Shown: positions 1 to 13,372, counted from the whole stretch's first letter. The stretch: 63,668 nt of DNA, filler included, from Octopus bimaculoides (GCF_001194135.2; 6 parts of 5 records of this genome joined end to end with filler, not necessarily neighbours in it), one strand, 5' to 3'. Program-made: numbers and translations. The notes: a model not told the origin generated them from the letters alone.

Positions 1-52
1 TATATACATACATACGAAATATATGTATATACATATATATGTATGCATATAT

Positions 53-424
53 ACTCTTTACTCTCTTTTACTTGTTTCAGTCATTTGACAGCGGCCATGC
101 TGGAGCACCGCCTTTAGTTGAGCAAATCGACCCCAGGACTTATTCTCTGTAAGCCTAGTACTTATTCTATCGGTCTCTTGTGCCAAACCGCTAAGTTACA
201 GGGACATAAACACACCAGCATCGGTTGTCAAGCGATGCTGCGGGGAACAAACACAGACACACAAGCACACATATATATATATACATATACCAAATGCACA
301 CACAAGGCTTTGGTCGGCCCGAGGCTATAGTAGAAGACACTTGCCCAAGGTGCCACGCAGTGGGACTGAACCCGGAACCATGTGGTTAGTAAGCAAGCTA
401 CTTACCACACAGCCACTCCTGTGC
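53..424 (-). mobile_element. Near full-length tRNA-derived CORE-like SINE (family B) with an internal microsatellite
   Basis: On the minus strand: A box TGGCTGTGTGG, B-box-like GGTTCAGTCCC, CORE-like CCTTGGGCAAGTGTCTTCTACTATAGCCTCGGG, internal (TA/TG)n, and 3' tail ...GCTCCAGCATGGCCGCTGTCAAATGACTGAAACAAGTAAAAG. Homologous copies recur across the window. Confidence 0.85.
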
Positions 425-959
425 CTATAAATGTATTTTTATTTTTTCAATATTTTTTAATGTATATAGTTATTTATATATTTTTATATGTATGTTTTTT
501 ATGTATCGATTACTCTATATATTTTGTATATCTATATATTTTTGATATGTTTGATATATTCTTACTTTCTTTTATTCTTTTATTTGTTTCAGTCATTTGA
601 CTGTGGCCATGCTGGAGCACCGCCTTTAGTCGAACCAATCAACCGGCTGTAACATTAACAGCAACGATCAGTCAAGACTAAGATAGAATTTATCCATCAT
701 TTACCCAATAGCTTCCTTGGTATCTGAAGTCATGTGATTGTATTAAAAAATATTACACCAACATTATTATTATCATCGTGGATATCATCAATATTGTAGT
801 TATTGTGATAATGAAGATTCACGATATTCATATTATCAGCAGCGTGGTGTGGAGATGGATATTTACGTTTAATGAATTCGTCTTACGCGAGTTTCATTAA
901 CAATAATCTTTGTTATACAAGAAAAGAAAAAAAAAACCCTTATCACCATCAACAATACT

Positions 960-1329
960 ATTGCTATCATCATCATCACCTTAATCATCATCATGATCTT
1001 CTTCTTCTTCTTCTTCTTCTTCTTCTTCTTCTTCTTCTTCTTCTTCTTCTTCTTCTTCTTCTTCTTCTNNNNNNNNNNTTCTTCTTCTTCTTCTTCTTCT
1101 TCTTCTGCTTCTTCTTCTTCTTCTGTATCATCGTCATTATAATCATCATCATCTTAATCAACTCCGGTATCGTCGTCGTCGTCGTCGTCATCATCATCAT
1201 CATCATAATCATCATTAACACCATCATCAACAATATCCTAATCATCACCATCATCATCATCGCCATCGCAGTCATCGTCATCATCATCATAAACATCATC
1301 ATCATTAACACCATCATCAACAATATCTT

Positions 1330-1378
<49 letters not shown>

Positions 1379-1445
1379 GCCATCACAGTCATCATCATCA
1401 TCATCATCATCATCATCACCATTCACGTCATTATTGTCCATCATG
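960..1445. repeat. Compound microsatellite (CAT)n/(CTT)n/(CGT)n with a duplicated spacer
   Basis: Direct reading; spacer ATCATTAACACCATCATCAACAATATC occurs twice (~1211, ~1303). Confidence 0.95.
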
Positions 1446-1869
1446 ACCAACAACGATGGAGTTTCTATCTGGTCACTTGACCTGCTAGTATTAGCAACCA
1501 AATCTCCTTCAAATCATTCGTTGATGTCTTAAAATATATAAATATAATAATTTATCAAAACAAAATAAAAGTTGTTTGTTAATATCTCAGTAGCTTTCCT
1601 TTTTACGAAATATTTGAAAATAAGCAGGGATGGTCAAAGTTGGAGCACCTTTGATCATTAGTCGCTTCTGTTTTGTTTTTTCAGAGAAGACCTCTTTATA
1701 AACAACAACATCCACTTCAATGATGGCATCATCATCATCATCACCATCATCATTACCACCAACATCATCATCAACATCATCATCATCATCGTCGTCGTCG
1801 TCGTCATTATTTCCCTCTATTTTCTCCTTTTCTTTGCTCCCTGACTTGCATTTCCTTTTTTCAAATATG

Positions 1870-1870
1870 C

Positions 1871-1938
<68 letters not shown>

Positions 1939-2132
1939 TAATAATAACAACAACAATAAAAACAATAATGATAATGATGTGGTTATTGTTGTTGTTGTTC
2001 TGGTTAATGATGATAATGATGTTGATGAAGATGTTGATATTATAATTATCATTATTGTTGTTGATACTGTTCTAGTAGTACTTGTTGTTGTTGTTATTGT
2101 TATTGTCATTATTATTATTATTATTATTATTA

Positions 2133-2163
<31 letters not shown>

Positions 2164-2170
2164 CATCAAT

Positions 2171-2201
<31 letters not shown>

Positions 2202-2217
2202 TTATTATTATCATCAA

Positions 2218-2272
<55 letters not shown>

Positions 2273-2274
2273 AA

Positions 2275-2319
<45 letters not shown>

Positions 2320-2360
2320 CATCATCAATATTATTATTATTATTATTATTATTATTAGTT
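1870..2360. repeat. Compound (AAT)n/(GTT)n/(ATT)n microsatellite
   Basis: Direct reading. Confidence 0.95.
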
Positions 2361-2809
2361 GTATATTTATCGATTCGTAGTTCTTCATTTGTTTACCGTT
2401 ATTTACATTGTATTTTTGTGTAAACAACACACACACACACACACATACACAGACACACACGCACACTCACATACAGACACACACATTGAATAAATCAGAC
2501 ACACCAACAACAGCAACAACAACAGGAACAACAGCAACAATAACAGCAAATATATTCCACCAACCCAACCCTATATAAAGATATTTCAATTGGAGAATAG
2601 ATTTCTAATTAGTTAAGTCGCTTCAATGGCGGATTTCAGTTTTTCTTTGTGTTGCTCGTTTTTCATTTTTATTTTATTTCAATCTTTATTTTGCTGTTGT
2701 TTTTTTTATTTTTACAATGAGTAATAATGAACTATTGAAATATTAACGGTAACAACAAGAACATCAACAACAACAACAACAACAACAATAATAGCAACAA
2801 TAATAATAA

Positions 2810-3205
2810 TATTCCTTTCTGCTATAAGCACAAGGCCTGAAATTGGGGATGGGGGGGAGTAGAGGACTAGTCGATAACATCGACCCCAGTGCTTCACTGG
2901 TACTTAATTTATCGACCCCGAAAAGATGAAAGGTAAAAGTCGACCTCGGTGGAATTTGAACTCAAAACGTAAAGACAGACGAAATGCCGCGAAGCATTTT
3001 GCCCGGCGTGCTAACGATTCTGCCAGCTCGCCCCACCTTCGCTGCCTTAATATTAAGAAATACTGATTTCAAATTTTGGCACAAGGCCGGCAATTTCAGG
3101 GGAGGGTACTAGTCGATTACATTGACATCAGTGCGTAACTGGTACTTATTTTATCAACCCCCGAAACGATGAAAGGCAAAGTTGAACTCGGCGGCACTTG
3201 AACAC
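2810..3205 (-). mobile_element. Two tandem copies of tRNA-derived SINE family A
   Basis: On the minus strand: head GGCGAGCTGGCAGAATCGTTAGCACGCCGGGC, B box GAGTTCAAATTCC, central CCTTTCATC(C/T)TTTCGGGGTCGATAAATTAAGTACCAG (resembles, from memory, the Meta/Sauria-SINE central domain), tail CCTTGTGC... Confidence 0.85.
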
Positions 3206-3833
3206 AAAATAATACCCATCTTTATAATATTCTCAATATCGTATTCCTTATAATATTCGCAAACTCTAGAAGGGTTAAGTCNNNNNNNNNNNNNNNNNNN
3301 NNNNNNNNNNNNNNNNNNNNNNNNNNNNNNNNNNNNNNNNNNNNNNNNNNNNNNNNNNNNNNNNNNNNNNNNNNNNNNNNNNNNNNNNNNNNNNNNNNNN
3401 NNNNNNNNNNNNNNNNNNNNNNNNNNNNNNNNNNNNNNNNNNNNNNNNNNNNNNNNNNNNNNNNNNNNNNNNNNNNNNNNNNNNNNNNNNNNNNNNNNNN
3501 NNNNNNNNNNNNNNNNNNNNNNNNNNNNNNNNNNNNNNNNNNNNNNNNNNNNNNNNNNNNNNNNNNNNNNNNNNNNNNNNNNNNNNNNNNNNNNNNNNNN
3601 NNNNNNNNNNNNNNNNNNNNNNNNNNNNNNNNNNNNNNNNNNNNNNNNNNNNNNNNNNNNNNNNNNNNNNNNNNNNNNNNNNNNNNNNNNNNNNNNNNNN
3701 NNNNNNNNNNNNNNNNNNNNNNNNNNNNNNNNNNNNNNNNNNNNNNNNNNNNNNNNNNNNNNNNNNNNNNNNNNNNNNNNNNNNNNNNNNNNNNNNNNNN
3801 NNNNNNNNNNNNNNNNNNNNNNNNNNNNNNNNN

Positions 3834-3873
<40 letters not shown>

Positions 3874-4904
3874 CGACGACGATGATGATGGTGATGGTGG
3901 TGGTGATGATGATGATGATGCCAAAACTAACAATTCAGACAAAAGCATCCACAACAACAATAATGACAACAGTATTGAGAATAGCAGTAATAGCAACAAC
4001 AACAGCAACAACAACAACAACAACAACAACATTAACAGCAACAACAAGAACAACAGCAACAACAACAACAACAATAAACAAATACAAAACAACACCAACA
4101 GCAACAAGTCTTTCACATGAGCCAGTATGCGTATATGATATGAATGGGTTTAAAATGATAGTCTTATAATCTTTTCTACTCTAGGCAGGAGGCTCGAAAT
4201 TTTGGGAGAGGGGGTGGCCAGTCGATTAGATCGACCCCAGTACGCAACTGGTACTTAATTTACCGNNNNNNNNNNNNNNNNNNNNNNNNNNNNNNNNNNN
4301 NNNNNNNNNNNNNNNNNNNNNNNNNNNNNNNNNNNNNNNNNNNNNNNNNNNNNNNNNNNNNNNNNNNNNNNNNNNNNNNNNNNNNNNNNNNNNNNNNNNN
4401 NNNNNNNNNNNNNNNNNNNNNNNNNNNNNNNNNNNNNNNNNNNNNNNNNNNNNNNNNNNNNNNNNNNNNNNNNNNNNNNNNNNNNNNNNNNNNNNNNNNN
4501 NNNNNNNNNNNNNNNNNNNNNNNNNNNNNNNNNNNNNNNNNNNNNNNNNNNNNNNNNNNNNNNNNNNNNNNNNNNNNNNNNNNNNNNNNNNNNNNNNNNN
4601 NNNNNNNNNNNNNNNNNNNNNNNNNNNNNNNNNNNNNNNNNNNNNNNNNNNNNNNNNNNNNNNNNNNNNNNNNNNNNNNNNNNNNNNNNNNNNNNNNNNN
4701 NNNNNNNNNNNNNNNNNNNNNNNNNNNNNNNNNNNNNNNNNNNNNNNNNNNNNNNNNNNNNNNNNNNNNNNNNNNNNNNNNNNNNNNNNNNNNNNNNNNN
4801 NNNNNNNNNNNNNNNNNNNNNNNNNNNNNNNNNNNNNNNNNNNNNNNNNNNNNNNNNNNNNNNNNNNNNNNNNNNNNNNNNNNNNNNNNNNNNNNNNNNN
4901 NNNN

Positions 4905-5210
4905 NNTTTATTGAGCGAAAACACCTAAAGCTCCACGAGGCTCCAGCATGAGGATGGTGGCGAACCCTGCTGTACTCTTTCACCACAACTTTCTCTCACT
5001 CTTACTTCCTGTTTCTGTTGTACCTGTAATTCAAAGGGTCAGCCTTGTCACACTGTGTCACGCTGAATATCCCCGAGAACTACGTTAAGCGTACACGTGT
5101 CTGTGGAGTGCTCAGCCACTTGCACGTTAATTTCACGAGCAGGCTGTTCCGTTGATCGGATCAACTGGAACCCACATCGTTGTAAGCGACGGAGTGCCAG
5201 AGGAGGAGGT
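4905..5210 (+). mobile_element. SINE family C body and 3' end
   Basis: Shares GTGGAGTGCTCAGCCACTTGCACGTTAATTTCACGAGC...CGACGGAGTGCC with copies at 13373, 14025, 14895 and 34880. Confidence 0.8.
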
Positions 5211-5880
5211 GCCAACTAACTATAATTATCTTTAGTCGACTTACTAAACGTTCTCTGCATTAAATATATGTACATTAGTTTAATTTTTAAAATACTTCCT
5301 AGCTTCTCACTTATATCGTTAATTAGTAATTAGCTTGTAAAATAGCTAAATTGTCAAGCAGTAAGATCACTCGTGAAGCCTTTGTACTTATTAGTAAACA
5401 TGCGATTTACCTAGTAATGGCTTCTGTTGGTGGCAATCAAATGACTTGCTTCGGCTAATCAGGAGAACTTTGATAAGATAGTAGAATGGAGCTCGATCTA
5501 ACTAGATACCTAGGTAGCATTGTCGGTATATAGATAGATTGTAGGTAGATACATTTCTTTTATTAGCCACACAGGGCTCAACGAAGATGGGACAAATACA
5601 ATGTAGAGCTTTTCTTTTTGGGAGGGGGAAGGAAGGAAAAAAAAAAAAAAAATTGGTGGTGTCGATCAAAAGGGATCGTAGGAAGGGAAAAAGGGGCAGT
5701 TCGATCAAAAGGGATCGAAAAAAAAAGAAAAGGAAAGGCCGATCAATAGGGATCGTGTATCACACAGTAATGTTCTCGTGTAAAAAGAGGGGAGGACAGT
5801 TTAGGTTTAGCCGTGGAAGGAAAAGCCCACGGAAAAGACCACGGTAACCTTGGTCAATATTCTCATTGAAGAAACTATAA

Positions 5881-5980
5881 NNNNNNNNNNNNNNNNNNNN
5901 NNNNNNNNNNNNNNNNNNNNNNNNTTAATTAATTAANNNNNNNNNNNNNNNNNNNNNNNNNNNNNNNNNNNNNNNNNNNN
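5881..5980. other. Synthetic scaffold linker (44 N + TTAATTAATTAA + 44 N); same linker at 21519-21618, 36379-36478, 43303-43402, 62137-62236
   Basis: Five identical 100-bp structures; TTAATTAATTAA gives stop codons in all six frames, as used in artificial contig spacers. Confidence 0.95.
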
Positions 5981-6117
5981 TCTCTAGCCATCGCTCATCA
6001 TCTCTTTCCAATCAAATCCAGTGGTTAGCCTTCTCCACTGTATTTTGGATATCACTCATGGTGGTATTTACCTTACGATGAGTTAGGCCTAGCGATTACA
6101 TATATATATGTTATATA

Positions 6118-6156
<39 letters not shown>

Positions 6157-6210
6157 TATATATGTGTGTGTGTATATTATACATATATATGCATATTATA
6201 TATATATATA

Positions 6211-6351
<141 letters not shown>

Positions 6352-6370
6352 TATATATATATATGTGTGT

Positions 6371-6534
6371 GTTTGGAAGGATCCCTATGAGATTTTACCC
6401 AAACGATTCCTGGACAGTCCTTCACCCCAGACTTTGTTCAATTACATACCTTTCTCCGCTGGCCCACACAACTGTATTGGACAGAATTTTGCAATCCTGG
6501 AAATGAAAGTAATTCTAGCCAAAATCGTCAGAAA
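6371..6534 (+). CDS. Cytochrome P450 family 4-like exon (PERF region plus heme-binding loop); possibly a pseudo-exon
   Basis: Translates [55 protein letters not shown]: P450 signature FxxGxxxCxG in a CYP4-type PFSAGPxNCIGQxFA-xxEMKV context. Canonical donor AA|GTAAGT at 6535 (phase 2). The 5' side abuts a (TG)n/(TA)n tract; no other CYP exon found. Confidence 0.8.
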
Positions 6535-6634
6535 GTAAGTTTGCTATTTTTCTCTGCTAAATGAAAATTTTCTTGATAGAGTTGATGAATCAGTAGCTTC
6601 ATCAATATCAACATCATCATCATTACTATTATTA

Positions 6635-6845
6635 AGGTGACAAGCTGGCAGAGTCATTAGCACACCAGACGAAATACTTACCAACATTTCATTTGTTTTT
6701 ACGTTCTGAGTTCAAATCCAGCTGAGGGTAACTTTACCCTTCATCCTTTCGGGGTTGATAGAATAAGAACCAGTCGAGACCTGGGGTCACTGTAATTGAT
6801 ATACCCCACTCCTGAAATTGCTGGCCTTGTGCCAACATTTTAAAC
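6635..6845 (+). mobile_element. SINE family A, CpG-decayed copy
   Basis: Head, B box, central domain and tail recognisable; many consensus CG changed to TG/CA. Confidence 0.75.
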
Positions 6846-6945
6846 CATTGTTATGAATATTATAATTATTTATTTGCCTGGGTTATCTGTGTCACATCTT
6901 GGCTCCTTCCTGCAGTTTAAACTCACAAACTGTTCCAAGTAGTTT

Positions 6946-8112
<1,167 letters not shown>

Positions 8113-8310
8113 GAGTGAGAGAACAGTGCATGCCATCAAAGGGACACTGGGGTAAAATATACGAAGCCCAGTATACCCATCATGACTACCCGTCTGATAA
8201 GGGTACACTAGGCACATGCATCACAACCATATATGCACGACATGGTGATCTCATATCAAGATAAACAGTGCATGACCTTGCAAGTGGGGCCCAGTTAGAA
8301 GTTTCTTCAT
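8113..8310 (-). mobile_element. 3' end of a retroposon ending ...CTCTCTCACTC(AAT)n; longer copy on + at ~22750-23290
   Basis: Reverse-complement similarity between the two loci, with an (AAT)n tail in both. Confidence 0.7.
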
Positions 8311-8559
8311 TTTGGCTTACATACAGGTCTTCCACTCTGTTTTACTGCAATCTTTTTGTTTAGGTCCCTCAGCTGCATTTGAACCTTCGACTGAACCGAC
8401 TATATTTCCACACAAAACACTTATGGACATACTTTGAAGAGTCCCATCCATTCTGTGTCAGATTAAGTGAATCTTTTAATCCATGTATCTTTGCCTTTTT
8501 TCATTTGACCTCGAAATGTTACATATGAATTCACTGTAAAAATGTTTTCCCCATAACAC

Positions 8560-9030
8560 CATGTGCTACATTTTGCAATTTAATTATTTTCGGCTTACTG
8601 ACATATTTCTGAGTTTTGTTTTTGGTTTATAATGGTGTCTAGTGTCATTTTAACACTTGTATTTCTCTTTTTTACCTTAAAAATGTCCTCATCATTTTGC
8701 CCTTGCTTTACTTGCAAACAATCTTTACATTCAATTTCCTCTGTGTCGTGTCTCAATGTGACAATCCTTTCACATTCTCCATGCTCTTGCTGTACGCTTA
8801 CATCCTCATCTTCTTCCAGCTTTGCAAGAATTCTAGTTCCAAACTTCTACTTCCTTTTCGATAGTAAGTCCCTGTATAAAAGTCAGGCATATGAACCTAT
8901 CTGGCGCTAATTCATTCAGCTTAAACTTCTCGCTTTCCCTGTTTGCTCTAACAGCTTATGTGATGTAGTCCTTGTCATTGTTTTTCTCTATGTTCAGACA
9001 CTTCCAATGTGTGTTGAACAATGAACTTTT
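8560..9030 (-). mobile_element. Ty3/Gypsy-like gag relic
   Basis: Minus-strand translation with a stop and a frameshift: FSEKSSLFNTHWKCLNIEK...ANRESEKFKLNELAPDRFICLTFIQGL...TRILAKLEEDEDVS...ECERIVTLRHDTEEIE, matching my recollection of invertebrate Gypsy gag. Confidence 0.65.
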
Positions 9031-9479
9031 TTCACTAAAAAAGAAAAAAAAAAACTGTTCAAGCAACAGAATTTCCACATGAATTGTTTAGGAGTGACCT
9101 CCTTTGAATTGAGTTGGATTTGGGCCACAAAACATTAAGATAATCATTTTTGTGAATAATTTCAATTAATATACTAAAATTTATTCAAATATGTTTGATA
9201 ATTCAAGAAGCAAAAGCTCAGGGGTGAACTGAAACTCAGGCTACAGGCATTTTGGGGGTAACCAGTTAGCCTATATATGTACTCACTTGTATCTATACTA
9301 ACATTGCTTATACTAACGCTAGTATAACACCCACATCCAGAGGAGGTAGCAAGGGTAGCATAAATGATGGTGGATTATATGCAAGGACAACTGCTGACAT
9401 GTTTGTTGGCCAATGCTCATTACAACCTTCTTTTCAGATGCTGAAAGCGACAGTTCCCCCTCTCCATGTTACTTCCTGC

Positions 9480-10258
9480 TTCCCTCAAAGTTGATATGGT
9501 GAGATTGCTGAGATGCTTGAAAGGAGACGATGTGTTACATCCACAGGCAAAAGACATAGGTATAAACTCCTCTAGGAGGGCAACTGTAATGGAGTAGGAG
9601 GCAATGATATACTTCTAGCAGAGAAATGGGTACTTAAGCTCAGACTAGTTTTGCTGAATAGCACAGAAACGATCCTCTCTGCCTGTGCCTGCCAAATGAA
9701 CAAAAGGACCACTTTTATGACCCTCTTTTGCAGGCCGCTCCTAAGATAAATGACAGTGACTTTAATCTTCATGGCTGGTATCTTCCATGGAGTGCATGGG
9801 GGCCATGGAATTGGCTCCTGAAATGAGGAGGGAACAAGTTTGCTGGAGTTCTGTGATGCAAATGACCTAATGATTTGCAACACCAACTTCAGCAGACCAG
9901 CCAGTCACCAAATAACCTGTAAATCTGGTGGCCATGCTAGCCAGATCAACTACATTCTCAGGATTCGCAGTTGCTCATAAATGCAAAGTCCTTCCCTGGT
10001 GAAGAGTGTACCCCTCAGCATAGGTTACTCATTAGTGATTTCAAACTGCAGGCACAAAGGATTTCAAGAAGCAAGCCAGTTTGGAAGAGAAGGATCTGGA
10101 AACTTAAGAATCCTTTGAATAGGCAGAGATTTAGAGACATCCTAACTGAAGCGTTTGATGAGAAAGAGGGGGAGTTACAGACTTGCAAAATAGAGGATAA
10201 CTGGGAGTTCCTACAAGACAACTTAGTGAGAGCTGCAGACCAAATTTGTGGGTGGTGC
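9480..10258 (+). mobile_element. RTE-clade LINE apurinic endonuclease region, degenerate
   Basis: GEIAEMLERRR...FHGVHGGHGIGS*NEEGTSLLEFCDANDLMICNTNF...SQINYIL...KSFPGEECTPQHRLLISDF. Confidence 0.8.
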
Positions 10259-10425
10259 AACCCTTTGTCACCAGCAGAGGTAAAAGCTCTCTGAACTTTG
10301 CCCAGGCTATTCTTATTCTAGCAGCTACACTTTCAGCGCACCCTCCCCCACAACTAACTTGGTCACCTAGATATCGGAAGCTATCAACCACTTCTAGTTT
10401 TTCTCCCTGGAATGTTAAGGGATGT
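10259..10425 (-). mobile_element. RTE-clade LINE post-RT fragment in inverted orientation
   Basis: VDSFRYLGDQVSCGGGCAESVAARIRIAWAKFRELLPLLVTKG is typical of the RTE C-terminal RT region. Confidence 0.8.
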
Positions 10426-10433
10426 TGATGATG

Positions 10434-10467
<34 letters not shown>

Positions 10468-10534
10468 CTATCTCTCTCTCTCTCTATATATATATATAGA
10501 TATATATATATATATATATCTATATATATATATC

Positions 10535-10850
10535 ATCATCATCATCATCATCATCATCGTTTAACGTCCGCTTTCCATGCTAGCATGGGTTGGACGATTT
10601 GACTGAGGACTGGTGAAACCGGATGGCAACACCAGGCTCCAGTCTGATTTGGCAGAGTTTCTACAGCTGGATGCCCTTCCTAACGCCAACCACTCAGAGA
10701 GTGTAGTGGGTGCTTTTACGTGTCACCCGCACGAAAACGGCCACGCTCGAAATGGTGTCTTTTATGTGCCACCCGCACAAGCCAGTCCAGGGGCACTGGC
10801 AACGATCTCGCTCGAAAATCCTACAGGAGCCAGTCAGGCGGTACTGGCAA
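10535..10850 (-). mobile_element. Retroposon 3' UTR ending in (GAT)n (RTE-type tail), CpG-intact copy; decayed copy on + at ~15320-15530
   Basis: Minus strand GGTTGGCGTTAGGAAGGGCATCC...CCAACCCATGCTAGCATGGAAAGCGGACGTTAAACGATGATGATG. Confidence 0.7.
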
Positions 10851-11077
10851 CACACACATGAATATACACAATATATACATACATTCCTATACATACAAAT
10901 ATATGCATAATACAAACAGATATACATATATGCACATGTGTATATACACATATATAAGAAGATGAGATGACAAAGGAATAAATGATTATCTTTTGAACTT
11001 ATATGCAGTGAACTTATAGTTAAGTGCCTGAATAGCCTTATAGCTTCATCAGAGCCTCGATTAATGTGCATGCGCAT

Positions 11078-11110
<33 letters not shown>

Positions 11111-11245
11111 CACACACACACACAAATGCACACATATATACACATGCATGTGCATGCACACATACGGATATCATTAATATTCTCTCACCTGTATTCTACA
11201 AGTATTAACTGTCTCTGTTTCTTCTCTCTTCTACAGATATTTCAC

Positions 11246-11389
11246 CAGGTAATGCTATGAAACTTGGTTTCTGGCCTGTGGAACATTTATATTTGTGGCT
11301 GCATGTCTGTGTGTCTCTTAGAGAACATCTGAAAAAATCACTAAATGACATCATTGAGAACACTGAAGAGCAGCCTCCCTCAGAGTAAT
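11246..11389 (-). CDS. Candidate internal exon (144 nt, phase 1-1) of an unidentified minus-strand gene
   Basis: Acceptor ...TTTGTCTCACTGTATTTAG|, donor CTG|GTGAAA; open frame DYSEGGCSSVFSMMSFSDFFRCSLRDTQTCSHKYKCSTGQKPSFIALPG. No recognised homology. Confidence 0.35.
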
Positions 11390-11544
11390 CTAAATACAGT
11401 GAGACAAATATTTTAATTAAGATTTGAATTTTATAAACAGATTTTGAAGTTCAGTAAAAATTAAAATGATTTTATAGAAAAATATACAAAATGTTTTTGT
11501 TATTGATTTCTATTTAACAAGTTATTAAATTCTTATATCTACAC

Positions 11545-11600
11545 CTGTTGTCCAAGAATGAAATTGTTCCTTATATATTGGAAGGAAAAGGCAAAATATG
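11545..11600 (-). CDS. Candidate 56-nt exon (phase 2-1)
   Basis: Acceptor ...GATTTCTATACAG|, weak donor CAG|GTGTAG; IFCLFLPIYKEQFHSWTT; phases link the 19042 exon to the 11389 exon. Confidence 0.25.
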
Positions 11601-11689
11601 CTGTATAGAAATCTGTTATTCTAAATTGAATTTATTCTTCAATTGGGAAATCAATTCATAATACAAAAATAATAATAATAAATGATAAA

Positions 11690-12240
11690 AAATCTTATCA
11701 TATGCATACCATTGTTCTGGAAGAAGTTTAGGTTCATTTTCATTCACAAATACAACCAAGTCTGTGATGTCATAATCTGTCTCTCTTGCTGTCTCTTGAA
11801 GTTAAATCCCTAAATTGATGGTTTGTTTTCAGCAGTCCAGAGCCAGACCCTTGCAAATTTTTGTCTCCCATGGCCAAAACTTGATCCTCAATCTGAATCA
11901 GTTCTTGGTTAAAAATTTCAGGAAACTGAATATTGATATCTGGGTTTGCCTGTTGAACTGCATACTTGTCATGTCCTCATGATGTTTCATTGAAAGCTGT
12001 AGAAGACTACCAAGTTGACACATGTTCAGTATAACTGCAAAAAGGTTACAGAGTTTTTCCTTGGAGAATCTGATATTGATGCTTCAGTCAATGCAAGGTC
12101 CCAATGTTCATAATTTTCTGAAAAAAAAAACCTTGTTGATAGCATGCTCCCCTACAAGTTTCACACACATGACCATCTACTCTCCTCGAATCTTGGAATG
12201 ATTTAGGACAACATACTTCATGCAAAAGGAGGTGTAAGGA
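11690..12240 (-). mobile_element. Helitron Rep/helicase relic
   Basis: Frameshifted minus translation resembling the segment between Rep and PIF1 helicase: LLLHEVCCPKSFQDSRRVDGHVCETCRGAC...ENYEHWDLALTEASISDSP...NPDINIQFPEIFNQELIQIEDQVLAMG...RETDYDITDLVVFVNENEPKLLPEQWYAYD. Confidence 0.75.
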
Positions 12241-12244
12241 GGTA

Positions 12245-12390
12245 CATGACTGGTACTTAATTTATCGACCCTGAAAGGATGAAAGGCAAAGTCTACCTCG
12301 GACGAAATTTGAACTCAGAACATGAAGATGGATGAAACGCTGCTAAGAATTTTGCCCTGCATGCTAAAGATTCTGCCAGCTCTCTGCCTT
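12245..12390 (-). mobile_element. SINE family A, CpG-decayed copy
   Basis: Homologous to the 23570-23700 copy with CG to TG/CA changes. Confidence 0.75.
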
Positions 12391-12589
12391 AATAATAATA
12401 ACTAGCTGGACCCGTGAAAACTTCATGGAATGCATAGAAAAATATAAGCATCTGTAAATGCATAGAAAAAATATAAGCATCTGTAAATTTAGGCAAACAT
12501 AAACAGAATTACTATTTAGCCTTAAAATACATCGTACATATTCAAAGAACCTTCTTGGTTTAGTGGTACAGAATGTTCTTGTGATATTC

Positions 12590-12900
12590 TTTTATTCTTT
12601 TACTTGTTCCAGTCGTTTGACTGTGGCCATGCTGGAGCACCATCCTTTAGTCGAAGAAATCGAACCCTGAACTTATTCCCTGTAAGCCTAGTACTTATTC
12701 TACCAGTCTCTTCTGCTGAAGAGCTAAGTTATGAGGACGCAAACACACCAACATCGATTGTCAAGTGATGATGGTGGGGGGACAAACACTGGCACAAATA
12801 CACACATCTAAATATATACATATATATATAATGGGCTTCTCTCAGTTTCCATCTATGAAATCCACTCATGAGGCTTTGGTCACAGCTCTAGTAGAAGACA
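12590..12900 (-). mobile_element. SINE family B, decayed, 5'-truncated
   Basis: Homologous to 53-330. Confidence 0.75.
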
Positions 12901-13372
12901 CTTTGTTGGCAACTTTTCTCCTCCCATCCATTTTGTAGGGGGTATTACCCATTTTTCTGGGCTCTTTTCACAGCTATGCCCCATTTGAAATTTGCATTAG
13001 CTTTTGTATGAAAAAAAAAGAAAAGGAGAGGGGGTTTGTTTGTAGTGTGTAGAGGAAACATTAAACATGCCTGAAAAAAATGCATGGTCCCCCACCCCCA
13101 ACTAAAAGACAAACTATGAAAGGCGAATAAGTACTGGGTGTGGGGGAAAGAAGAGAGAAGTAACAGTTGATAGTTCTAGAACTCCCAGAATGAAAACGTA
13201 AACACCTGAAAGACTTTCCCTCTCTTCATTACTGAATGCTTTTTCCTCTCCATTGTTAAAAGTAAAGAAGCTAGAAAAGATTGTATTTCAGTCTAATTGT
13301 CATTTTAAATGACTGAGGCTTTCCATTTTAAATGACTGAGGCTTCACTCCTTTTCTCTACAGTTAAGAGAGT

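Noticed and set aside
872-4986. Long ORFs of poly-I/L/M/X
   Set aside because: Translations of stop-free trinucleotide microsatellites and N gaps; the same applies to YI/CV/HT/MYVC-type ORFs throughout the window.
5925-5936. TTAATTAATTAA as a recurring biological motif or PacI-like site
   Set aside because: Always centred in exactly 44 N + 44 N; a synthetic linker.
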